Shown here: one piece after another, positions 30,001 through 37,285 of the stretch
Layout: each line of letters begins with the position of its first letter
Numbering within the stretch: position 1 is the first letter of the stretch
Assembly (NCBI GenBank): GCA_013359225.1
Contig: JABWCG010000001.1
Coordinates: forward strand, 432,916 to 496,915
Source: Candidatus Buchananbacteria bacterium
GTDB lineage: Bacteria > Patescibacteriota > Patescibacteriia > Buchananbacterales > UBA6539
Direction: 5' to 3'
Length of the DNA: 64,000 nucleotides
Translations under genes and position numbers: made by a program
The notes under the pieces: model-generated
Database searches by the model: none
Told to the model about the DNA's origin: nothing
Seen by the model: only the letters and a program-made list of their open reading frames with translations

Positions 30001-30064
30001 GCCCGGCATCATGAGTTACAGCCTGCCTTTGTTCGTCATTTAAACTTTTAAGATTAATTTCCAT
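27023..30064 (-). CDS. UvrD/PcrA-family helicase fused to a C-terminal Cys-containing PD-(D/E)xK (RecB/Cas4-like) nuclease
   Basis: 1013 aa. The Walker A reads AGAGTGKTT, and UvrD helicase motifs I-VI are present. The C-terminus has CPYHYW, GKIDRVD, ELIDYKTG, QLLIYQLA and a terminal CTC cysteine cluster. Confidence 0.88.
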   Translation of the reverse strand: MEINLKSLNDEQRQAVTHDAGPLLIVAGAGTGKTTVITQRIGWLIEQEKAKADEVLALTFTEKAATEMAERVDRLLPYGYVDLWILTFHAFAEKILQQHALEIGVPNDFKMLNQTEQWMLIRQNLDKFELDFYKPLGNPTKFIHALIKLFSRAKDEVISAQDYLEYAKNLQLNADGADFIKDFLSQDEIKTLSKQERKELVAQEIKKVQEVANAYHVYQQLLLENNALDFGDLINYCLKLFKTRPAVLAKYRQKFKYILVDEFQDTNYAQYELVKLLAEPNQNITVVGDDDQSIYKFRGASVSNILEFKKDYKNSKEVFLTKNYRSTQNILDLSYSFIQQNNPNRLEVKLAKNKKAPAALTKKLISQNKEKGEICHFHFETADDEVRAVLKHIADLKEKNPDASWGDFAILARTNEVANFFSQALSQTQIPYRFVASRGLYLKPVVLDILAYLRLLDDYHESSAVYRILNSPIVGLPDRTIVQLNYWARRKGYSLFATIQQPEVVRQADMDTRSKIQKFLGLVERHTQIARDRSVTEVVMAFLEDSGYLQHMTKDENAEMIQTTAYLNQFYKRINDFEQSAQDPSVKNFLELMNLELEAGQTGDLEQNMDEGPDAVKVMTIHAAKGLEFQYVWVVTMVDRRFPTDNRPDPISLPDSLVKEILPQGDVHLQEERRLFYVAMTRAKSGLYLTSASDYGGSRQKKISRFLAELATLGLPLDQPEEKTVKHKLKLAPSASEVTVRKIESDDISYLLPKKFSFTQLNSFENCPYHYWLEYILKIPQRGKNFFSFGSSIHATLQNFFLKVKERSDVGQQDLFGSKKGLTAVKKPLVSLEELLEIYERVWIDDWYGTRREHDEYKANGRRMLKDFYQQYEKELTVPKFLETPFNLHLKDEESGEHYTLIGKIDRVDQINNGVELIDYKTGASKKQDRLEPEDKNQLLIYQLAASQHLGETVEKLTYYYLEDGTKASFIGSQKDLDNLSRKMVKTIKAILEYPWPAKKSDCTCRFNNLNNL

Positions 30065-30093
30065 GCCCCCATTTTAACATAAAAAATGATTAA

Positions 30094-30141
30094 ATAAAAA
30101 AGAGTTTAAAATAGGCCGACGCATCGACTATTTAAACTCTT
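30094..30141 (-). terminator. Rho-independent terminator of the pyrE-pyrF-microprotein operon
   Basis: An 11-bp stem AAGAGTTTAAA / TTTAAACTCTT with a 19-nt loop. On the minus strand it is followed by TTTTTTATTT. Confidence 0.5.
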
Positions 30142-30152
30142 AAGTCAAGGTT

Positions 30153-30326
30153 CTATTTCTTTTTTGCAGCCCCCAACCAGGCCACACAGTCTCGACAATA
30201 CATGCCCCCATTTGTTCGACACTTCTTACAGGCCTTAGTGTCTGGCACGATATCGCACCTATGAGGACGCCCCGGATATTTAGCCTTACCACCACCGTCA
30301 TAGTTATGGCTTGGCTTTTTGCTCAT
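30153..30326 (-). CDS. Cys-rich zinc-ribbon microprotein (57 aa); below the ORF-track length cutoff
   Basis: The translation is MSKKPSHNYDGGGKAKYPGRPHRCDIVPDTKACKKCRTNGGMYCRDCVAWLGAAKKK. Its ATG overlaps the pyrF stop in an ATGA arrangement, indicating translational coupling. A terminator follows. Confidence 0.4.
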   Translation of the reverse strand: MSKKPSHNYDGGGKAKYPGRPHRCDIVPDTKACKKCRTNGGMYCRDCVAWLGAAKKK

Positions 30327-31165
30327 GCAGTCTGCTCCAGAGCAGCATTGATTTGATCGCGTAGCTCACAGGCTCGTTGCCCGGCGACTTCCGCAAAATC
30401 AGCCTCAGACGAGGCGTGAATAATGCCTCGTGACGAATTAATGACAAACGGATATGTCCTGGCGTATCTGACGGTTTCCAGTAATTCACCTCCCTGGGAA
30501 CCAACGCCGGGAATCAGGAGCGGAATTTCCGCGGGCCGCCAAATGGGGTTGTCGGTCCCCAAAAATTTAATCTGACCCGGAAATGTTGCTCCCATCACAA
30601 ACCCAATCCGGGTACTTTCCTCGGTTTGCAATGCAGCAACTTCGTGAGCCAGATAAACGAATAACGGTTTGCCGCCGCCAACGCAGTCCTCCTGAAACTT
30701 GGCCGCGCCCTTATTGCTGGTATGCGACAAAACGTACAGTCCTTTCGCCGCGCCCCACCTCAACCACGGCGCCAATGTGTCGGTACCCAGGTAGGCATTG
30801 AGCGTCACGGCATCAGCGCCGAATCGTTCAAATGCCGCGACGGCATATTTCTCGGCCGTGTTGCCAATGTCGCCATACTTGGCGTCCAAGATAACCGGCA
30901 AGCAAACCTCCGACTGAATAAAGCTGATCAGTTTTGCCAGCTCCGGTTCGGCTTCGCAGCTTTGCCAAAAAGCCAAATTCGGTTTGTAGCAACATGCGTA
31001 CGGCGCAGTCCGCTCGACAATATCGCTTGCAAACCGGATCAACTGTTCCCGCAGACTGCCTTTGAGCACTGGCAGTTTATCAGGGTCGGGATCCAACCCA
31101 ACACAGACGCGAGTTTGGTGCTGAGCCTGAATCTCGCACAATCGGTCCAGAAAAGATATCATCAC
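30323..31165 (-). CDS. pyrF: Orotidine-5'-phosphate decarboxylase, type 2 (long, actinobacterial-like form); high GC
   Basis: 280 aa. The N-terminal RVCVGLDPDPDKL and overall length fit type-2 OMP decarboxylase. GC is about 55% against a genome background of about 40%. Confidence 0.8.
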   Translation of the reverse strand: MMISFLDRLCEIQAQHQTRVCVGLDPDPDKLPVLKGSLREQLIRFASDIVERTAPYACCYKPNLAFWQSCEAEPELAKLISFIQSEVCLPVILDAKYGDIGNTAEKYAVAAFERFGADAVTLNAYLGTDTLAPWLRWGAAKGLYVLSHTSNKGAAKFQEDCVGGGKPLFVYLAHEVAALQTEESTRIGFVMGATFPGQIKFLGTDNPIWRPAEIPLLIPGVGSQGGELLETVRYARTYPFVINSSRGIIHASSEADFAEVAGQRACELRDQINAALEQTA

Positions 31166-31190
31166 GAAATCTCCTTTTTTCGTCCCGGCG

Positions 31191-31883
31191 CTAGAGTGCT
31201 AACACACCGCGCGGCACGGAACTTTGCGGATGACGCTCGTAAAACTCCTTGCCGTGACCAACCATCATATTGATCGGCACAAGATCAGCACACTGTGGGC
31301 AGGTTTCTTCCGGGTGCATCACCATCGGAATATCATACAGCGTTTCAAGAACCGGAACGCCAAGCTGTTCAGCAGTAATGCCGCCGCGGTTACAAATCAC
31401 CGCCACTCCGGCGACAATGCCACCAACCTCATTAACAGCGTTAATCGTCGCCACGGCGGAACCACCGCTGGCAAACACGTCTTCAGTCACGAGCCCGTTT
31501 TGGCCAGCGACAATTGTCGGGAAATAACGGCCGATGACACGTTCTCCCTTTTTAACACCGTCGCCTGTCTTTTCCTGGGCAAACACCCAGTTAACTTCCC
31601 GACCAGTGATCCGGCTCAGCCAACACGCTGTCGCCGCTGCCAGACCAACCGCACCATACGTCGGTCCGATCACAACGCTGATGTCGTGATCAACGAAACG
31701 CAAGGCGATGATTCGGGCGGCTGCCGAAAGCAGCCGACCGCTGGACAACAGTCGATCCTTGTCAAAGTACCCGGGAGCATGAAAATGCCCGGCGGGCTTA
31801 GGAGTTAACACGACATGGTCGTCGGTCAAAATCGCTCCTCGAGCTTTGGCAGCTTCAAGGATTTCAGCCAAACTCATCTCCAT
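31191..31883 (-). CDS. pyrE: Type I phosphoribosyltransferase, orotate PRTase-like; start at the internal Met (MEMSLAEILE) preceded by GGAGG; high GC
   Basis: The PRTase PRPP-binding motif LVTEDVFASGGS is present. It lies directly upstream of pyrF in the same orientation. There is an unusual C-terminal extension containing CPQC. Confidence 0.55.
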   Translation of the reverse strand: MEMSLAEILEAAKARGAILTDDHVVLTPKPAGHFHAPGYFDKDRLLSSGRLLSAAARIIALRFVDHDISVVIGPTYGAVGLAAATACWLSRITGREVNWVFAQEKTGDGVKKGERVIGRYFPTIVAGQNGLVTEDVFASGGSAVATINAVNEVGGIVAGVAVICNRGGITAEQLGVPVLETLYDIPMVMHPEETCPQCADLVPINMMVGHGKEFYERHPQSSVPRGVLAL

Positions 31884-32041
31884 ACGACTTTTCCTCCTGT
31901 AACCGGTTGTTTTATTCGCCAGAATAAATAGATTGGAAGGTACACAGCCCCCCAACTGCCTAATTACTTTAGTTAGTATTAAAAATAAAGTCAAGGATAA
32001 TTTTTATCTCAATTAAGCTAAAATATAGGCCTGAATCAATC

Positions 32042-32073
32042 AAAAATTCCTGCTATATATGCAGGAATTTTTT
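32042..32073. terminator. Bidirectional rho-independent terminator
   Basis: A perfect stem ATTCCTGC / GCAGGAAT with a loop TATATAT, flanked by AAAA upstream and TTTTTT downstream. Confidence 0.6.
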
Positions 32074-32158
32074 AACGGCAAAATAACCTAAAACAAATCT
32101 TTAGATTTTTTTATACTAGGATTCTTTCGCTTCAACCGCGAAATCAATATCTAAAAAA

Positions 32159-32278
32159 CTAGTAGCAGCACTCGCCAGCCGGTTTTCCGGAACCGCAGTC
32201 GCATGGCTCTGCCGCACCGCAGCACTCGCCATACGGACGTTCTGACCCGCAAGGGCAATCGTCACCCAAATGTGGCAT
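32159..32278 (-). CDS. SEC-C motif microprotein (39 aa) with two tandem SEC-C metal-binding motifs; not in the ORF track
   Basis: The translation is MPHLGDDCPCGSERPYGECCGAAEPCDCGSGKPAGECCY. The two motifs CPCGSERPYGECCG and CDCGSGKPAGECCY match the SecA C-terminal SEC-C consensus CPCGSGKKYKxCCG. It begins 8 nt after the tatD stop, and a terminator follows. Confidence 0.4.
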   Translation of the reverse strand: MPHLGDDCPCGSERPYGECCGAAEPCDCGSGKPAGECCY

Positions 32279-32286
32279 ATTGTAGG

Positions 32287-33087
32287 TTATGAATTAAATT
32301 TAAATAAATTAAATGAATTTTTAGTCATCTCCTCCACTACTGTAGTATAAGAAACACTCTTAATTTCTGCAATCTTTTCCGCCACCTGTCTCACATATTG
32401 TGGCTGATTTCGTTTGCCGCGATGCGGCTCCGGTGCTAGGTACGGTGAATCAGTTTCAATCAGCATTGAACTTAAAGAAATCTTACTGGCGATTTCCGGC
32501 AACTTGCCGGTTTTGTCAAAAGTAACAATACCGGTAAAGCCAACGTAGAAACCTAATTCTGAAAATTCCAAAGCCTGACTTAAATTACCACCATAGCAAT
32601 GCACCACTCCTCGATTATATTTTTCAGTTTTAACAATATTTAAAATTTCCTGATATGCATCTTTGGTCCCATCCTTGCTGTTACGACCATGAATAATTAT
32701 CGGCAAATCAAATTCTTTAGCCAGCCGTATCTGTTTAGTAAAAACTTTTTTTTGATTTTCAAAATTACTGTCACTGTGAAAAAAATCAATACCGGTCTCA
32801 CCAATTGCGACAATTTTTTTAGAACTTAACACTAACGCTCGATAATCATCAACATTAAAAGCTTCCGGATGAAATTCACTGCCAGAGACATGAATCGGGT
32901 GCAGCCCAATTGCCGCATAAACACCCCTTTCATATTGTTGGGCAATATCTACGGCCCGACGACTCGTTGCTAGTTGCGCCCCCACATTGATCATCCATAT
33001 TTCATGCTGTTGACAGTCGGCAATCACTTCCTGCCAATCCGATTCAAACGCCTCAAAATTTACGTGAGCATGAGTATCAATGATCAT
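32287..33087 (-). CDS. tatD: TatD-family metal-dependent hydrolase/DNase
   Basis: 266 aa. The N-terminal IDTHAHV motif and other TatD His/Glu/Asp metal ligands are present. Confidence 0.85.
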   Translation of the reverse strand: MIIDTHAHVNFEAFESDWQEVIADCQQHEIWMINVGAQLATSRRAVDIAQQYERGVYAAIGLHPIHVSGSEFHPEAFNVDDYRALVLSSKKIVAIGETGIDFFHSDSNFENQKKVFTKQIRLAKEFDLPIIIHGRNSKDGTKDAYQEILNIVKTEKYNRGVVHCYGGNLSQALEFSELGFYVGFTGIVTFDKTGKLPEIASKISLSSMLIETDSPYLAPEPHRGKRNQPQYVRQVAEKIAEIKSVSYTTVVEEMTKNSFNLFKFNS

Positions 33088-33605
33088 ACAACCGCTTTAA
33101 TTATTTCCGGTAATAACGGAGTTAGAATTGACGCTAATTGAATCAATAGCTGAGCAACCTGGGAGCCAGCTACGGCCGTCTGCCACCAATCTATCGGCGC
33201 CAGCTGAACCGTAAAATAAACTATCGTACCAATCGCCAATACGGCTTCAATTAAACCGAACAAGGCACCAAGAATTCTGTTGAAACTCTTGGCAAACGGA
33301 ATAATTGAAATCAAATTAAAAATTTTATTAACTAGCCAAAAAGCTAAGCCGACCAGGCGATTGACAATCGTGAACAACAAAATAAACGCAATCACTCGCG
33401 CGGCGACAGCATTGCCTAAAAGAATAATCTCCAACCAACCGGCAACCGGCTCATAGTACATTCCCGCTAACCATGTACCCGCCACGACTCCCACCAATGC
33501 GCCGATACTCTGTACCAACCCCAGAGCAAATCCAAATGCGACAAATGCAAAAATAACAAGGATTAAAACTAAATCAAGAATGCTTAAATACATATAGTTA
33601 ATCAA
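33084..33605 (-). CDS. CvpA-family membrane protein
   Basis: 173 aa, 4 TM helices, CvpA-like N-terminal pattern. It overlaps metG and tatD by 4-8 nt. Confidence 0.55.
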   Translation of the reverse strand: MINYMYLSILDLVLILVIFAFVAFGFALGLVQSIGALVGVVAGTWLAGMYYEPVAGWLEIILLGNAVAARVIAFILLFTIVNRLVGLAFWLVNKIFNLISIIPFAKSFNRILGALFGLIEAVLAIGTIVYFTVQLAPIDWWQTAVAGSQVAQLLIQLASILTPLLPEIIKAVV

Positions 33606-35028
33606 GGCGCGGGAATAATGGCTCGCCTTTGGTTATTTTTTTAGCGGTTATAATTTGTTCAATCCTAGCAGCAGTTTCCGGCAAAAATGGCGACAAAAGC
33701 TGGCTGATTTCGTAAATTTCCTGAGCCGACTGCTGAAGAATCTTTTCGACTTCCTTCGATTTTCCTTCTTTAGCTAACTGCCAGGGCTTAGTTTCCGAAA
33801 CCAACCCGTCAACGCGAGCCATCTTATCCCAAATGAACTTTAGTACCTGATCAAACAAGAATCCGTCTATTAAGCGGTAGAATTCTTCCGGAGCCTGATA
33901 CTTAGTCTTGATTCTAACGCTGACATTATTTTGCTCAATTAACCCGACGATTCGGTTGACCAAATTCCCTAAACCATTAGCCAAATCGGAATTATATGCC
34001 TCCTTGAGGCGGCTCTCGGAAAAATCACTGTCCTGGACCGGGTGGATATAGCGCAACAAATAGTAGCGGACTGGCTCAACTCCATACTGTCGAATAAGAC
34101 TAAATGGATCAACAACATTGCCAAGCGACTTAGACATCTTGCCCCCGTCAATATTGATATAACCATGAACAAATAACTTTTCCGGCAATGGCAAACCAGC
34201 GGAGAGTAGCATCGCTGGCCAGTACACCGCATGAAATCTGATAATGCCCTTACCAACGGTATGGACATCGGCCGGCCAAAACTTTTTAAACAGCTTGCCG
34301 GATGTATCATAATCAATACCAGTGATATAGTTACTCAACGCGTCAAACCAAACATACATCACTTGGTTTTGGTCGCCGGGTACCGGCACGCCCCAATGTT
34401 TCGCCCGAGCCTGAGATCGGGAAATTGAAAAATCTTCAAGCCCCATTTTAATAAAACTTAAAACTTCATTCTTGCGAGACTCTGGTACGATTTGGTATTT
34501 ATCTGACTCAATTAATTGCTCCAAAATTTTTTGGTAATTAGAAAGTTTGAAAAAATAATTTTCTTCTTCAACTACATCCGGTTTGGTTTGATGTTCCGGG
34601 CACTTGCCGTCAATAAGCTCTTTTTCCGTATAAAATTGTTCACAGCCAACACAGTAAAGTCCCTTGTACTTTTTTTTATAGATGTCTTCCGGCTTGCAGG
34701 CCGCCCATAATTTTTGAGCGCCGGCAAAATGCTTATCCGAGACTGTTCGAATAAAATCATCATTGGAAATATTTAAAGCCTTTGCAAGATCAATAAATTT
34801 TTGAGTGTTTTTATCAACTAGCGCCCTAACTGAAATTCCTTCTTTTTCTGCCGTCTGAACGTTTTTTAAACTGTTTTCATCGGCACCTGTTAAGAAAAAA
34901 ACCTGTTCGCCAATCTGGCGATGATATCTAGCGACCACATCAGCTTGAATTAACTCAAAAGCAAAACCAATATGCGGACTGGCATTAACATACGGAATAG
35001 CTGTAGTAATATAAAATTTCTTTGGCAT
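33598..35028 (-). CDS. metG: Methionyl-tRNA synthetase (short form)
   Basis: 476 aa. The HIGH motif (PHIGFA), KMSKS, and a zinc knuckle (CVGCEQF...CPEH) are present. Confidence 0.93.
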   Translation of the reverse strand: MPKKFYITTAIPYVNASPHIGFAFELIQADVVARYHRQIGEQVFFLTGADENSLKNVQTAEKEGISVRALVDKNTQKFIDLAKALNISNDDFIRTVSDKHFAGAQKLWAACKPEDIYKKKYKGLYCVGCEQFYTEKELIDGKCPEHQTKPDVVEEENYFFKLSNYQKILEQLIESDKYQIVPESRKNEVLSFIKMGLEDFSISRSQARAKHWGVPVPGDQNQVMYVWFDALSNYITGIDYDTSGKLFKKFWPADVHTVGKGIIRFHAVYWPAMLLSAGLPLPEKLFVHGYINIDGGKMSKSLGNVVDPFSLIRQYGVEPVRYYLLRYIHPVQDSDFSESRLKEAYNSDLANGLGNLVNRIVGLIEQNNVSVRIKTKYQAPEEFYRLIDGFLFDQVLKFIWDKMARVDGLVSETKPWQLAKEGKSKEVEKILQQSAQEIYEISQLLSPFLPETAARIEQIITAKKITKGEPLFPRLD

Positions 35029-35694
35029 TTATTTATTTCCTATAACGACAACAAATTCTCCTTTAGTCTCTTCATTTGTTATATTATTTAAAACCTCTTG
35101 GGCAGTGCCGCGATAAACCGTTTCAAACTTCTTGGTTAATTCTCGCGCCACAACAATCTGGCGAGTTAACCCTGCTGCAATTAATTGCTCCAACGCCTTT
35201 ATGATCCGGTGAACTGATTCGTAAAACACGACCGTATGATCAGACTCAATAATTTTTTTGATCAAAGTCTCCCGACCTTTTTTGTGAGGTAAAAAACCAA
35301 AAAAGGTAAAACGATCTGTTGGGAATCCCGACAACGCCAAGGCGGCCGTCAAAGCACTAGCACCAGGAACCGATTCAACCGTAATGCCTTCCGCGACTGC
35401 CGAGGCCACCAACAACCCACCGGGATCTGAGATGCCCGGCGTGCCGGCATCAGAAACTAGCGCAACGTGCTTTCCTGATTGTAATTTTGAAATTAAAAAG
35501 TCGACCTTACCGACTTTACTGTGTTGATGATAGCTCACCGTGGGCGTAACAATCTGATAATGGTCTAACAGCCTCTTGGTTACCCGAGTATCTTCGCAGG
35601 CAATAACATCAACCGTTTTCAAAATTTCCAAGGCCCGCAAGGTGATATCTTTAAGGTTACCAATTGGTGTTGAAACCACGTAGAGAATTCCCAT
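35029..35694 (-). CDS. rsmI: 16S rRNA (cytidine1402-2'-O)-methyltransferase RsmI; start at the internal Met MGILYVV
   Basis: Tetrapyrrole-methylase-fold motifs YVVSTPIGNLKDITLRALEIL and ACEDTR are present. Confidence 0.85.
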   Translation of the reverse strand: MGILYVVSTPIGNLKDITLRALEILKTVDVIACEDTRVTKRLLDHYQIVTPTVSYHQHSKVGKVDFLISKLQSGKHVALVSDAGTPGISDPGGLLVASAVAEGITVESVPGASALTAALALSGFPTDRFTFFGFLPHKKGRETLIKKIIESDHTVVFYESVHRIIKALEQLIAAGLTRQIVVARELTKKFETVYRGTAQEVLNNITNEETKGEFVVVIGNK

Positions 35695-35741
35695 ATACTT
35701 AAAAATACCACAAAAATCATCGTTTTTCAAGTTTAATTTAC

Positions 35742-36968
35742 TTAACGTAATTGCTCTTGCCAGCTTTTAATTGTTTCAAAATAATCCTGTCTGCTTTCTT
35801 CCTTTATAGCCTCCCCGGACGGCAACTCTTCAAGAAGCGGGTTAATTTTAGTGCCGTTTTTTACCATCTCGTAATGTAAATGTGGACCCGTTGAAAGACC
35901 GGTTGAACCGACATAACCAATTATTTGTCCCTGAGTAACTTTTTGACCACGTTTAACGGCAATGCGTGAAAGGTGTGCGTAGTTGGTTGAATATGTCCCA
36001 TTATGTCTGATACTTACCTTATTTCCATATGAACCATCCCAGCCCGCCAAGCTTACCGTCCCGTCGCCAACCGCGCGAACCGGCGTTCCGGCCGCAGCGG
36101 CATAATCAATCGCCCGATGGCCGGTTGAAATATTAAATGCTGAAATGTATCGCGAGCCGGTCGTAAATCCGGAAGTAATATATTTAAAAGACAACGGCGC
36201 TTTTAAAAATATCTTTTGGGTTGAATTGGCATCCTGATCATAATAACCTTCAATCTGATCTTTGGCATAATAAAAAGCAAATAAATCCTTACCTTCATTG
36301 GTAAACTTACCGGCTAAAATTTTTCCTGGCATTATATATTCTCCCTTTAAATAGCGCTCTTCATAAATGAACTTATATTTGTCGCCCGACCTAACTTGCC
36401 AAGCAAAATCAACTGTCCATTGAAACACGTCCGCAAAAGCAATGATTGCCCGCTCATCAATACCTTGGCTTAAAGCAGACTCCCACATCGAACTATCAAT
36501 TGTACCTTCAACTGTTTTAATTTTTATTTCATAGGGAATCATCTTTCTTTCGGCCGCCCAAACGTTCACTGTGGTTGTAGCCTGACTATTCTGCTCGCGG
36601 GTCACAAACAACTCTTCTTCACTGTCAATTTGATATATCAATTGTTTAAATTCATCAGTTTGTTTGTCATAAACTAAATTAATTACTCTGCCCAACCGAA
36701 TGTTTGTTAAATCATAAACGTTTTGAGCCGCATCAAAAATAGCCTGACTGATCAGCGGGCTGACGCTTGCTGTTTCCATTAATTTTCCAAAAGTTGAACC
36801 TTCGGTTACTTCAATATTCTTAACATATGTTGTTTCAGCTTTCGGATTAACTACTGTGCTGTCTTCAGGCGCCGGCTCAGCAGTTTTTAAACGGCCGGAT
36901 TGCCAGACAAAGAATGACACCAAACCTAAAATAGCTGCAAACAGTAAAATATTCTTGACTAATTTCAT
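35742..36968 (-). CDS. M23-family metallopeptidase with an N-terminal membrane anchor
   Basis: 408 aa. The C-terminal M23 signature HRAIDYAA...GSTGLSTGPHLHYE is present. Confidence 0.85.
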   Translation of the reverse strand: MKLVKNILLFAAILGLVSFFVWQSGRLKTAEPAPEDSTVVNPKAETTYVKNIEVTEGSTFGKLMETASVSPLISQAIFDAAQNVYDLTNIRLGRVINLVYDKQTDEFKQLIYQIDSEEELFVTREQNSQATTTVNVWAAERKMIPYEIKIKTVEGTIDSSMWESALSQGIDERAIIAFADVFQWTVDFAWQVRSGDKYKFIYEERYLKGEYIMPGKILAGKFTNEGKDLFAFYYAKDQIEGYYDQDANSTQKIFLKAPLSFKYITSGFTTGSRYISAFNISTGHRAIDYAAAAGTPVRAVGDGTVSLAGWDGSYGNKVSIRHNGTYSTNYAHLSRIAVKRGQKVTQGQIIGYVGSTGLSTGPHLHYEMVKNGTKINPLLEELPSGEAIKEESRQDYFETIKSWQEQLR

Positions 36969-37145
36969 AGATTTTTATTATATCACAAATCACCTACTAT
37001 GTTATACCAAAAAAACTGACGTTTATTTCAAGCTCTTCAAAATACACACATGAATTGTCCAAACCACTATTAGTAATCCATTGCTGTTAATCAAGCATCC
37101 TGCGCGGAGATTTAATTTTTTATTAAATACCTAGTCTATTCTGAT

Positions 37146-37178
37146 AAAAAATGAGCCTTCCGACAGGGAAGGTTTTTA
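37146..37178. terminator. Bidirectional terminator downstream of uvrC
   Basis: Stem CCTTCC / GGAAGG with a loop GACAG, flanked by AAAAAA upstream and TTTTT downstream. Confidence 0.55.
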
Positions 37179-37285
37179 TTCATTACTTAGGGGGTTATCA
37201 ATAATGCATAACACACCACAACAACAGTTATTTTAGAGGTATTTATATTAAAATCAAATGATTTTAAAGGATGAATAGCCCATTT

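Noticed and set aside
30304-30504. 66-aa minus-strand ORF overlapping the 3' end of pyrF
   Set aside because: It is out of frame inside pyrF. The coupled 57-aa Cys-rich ORF at 30153-30326 explains the region better.
30583-31808. Plus-strand ORFs 30583-30801, 30722-31273, 31224-31808 and 31270-31527, antisense to pyrF and pyrE
   Set aside because: These are stop-poor antisense frames of a GC-rich region. Their translations are Arg/Pro-rich, while the minus-strand frames show clear OMP-decarboxylase and PRTase motifs.
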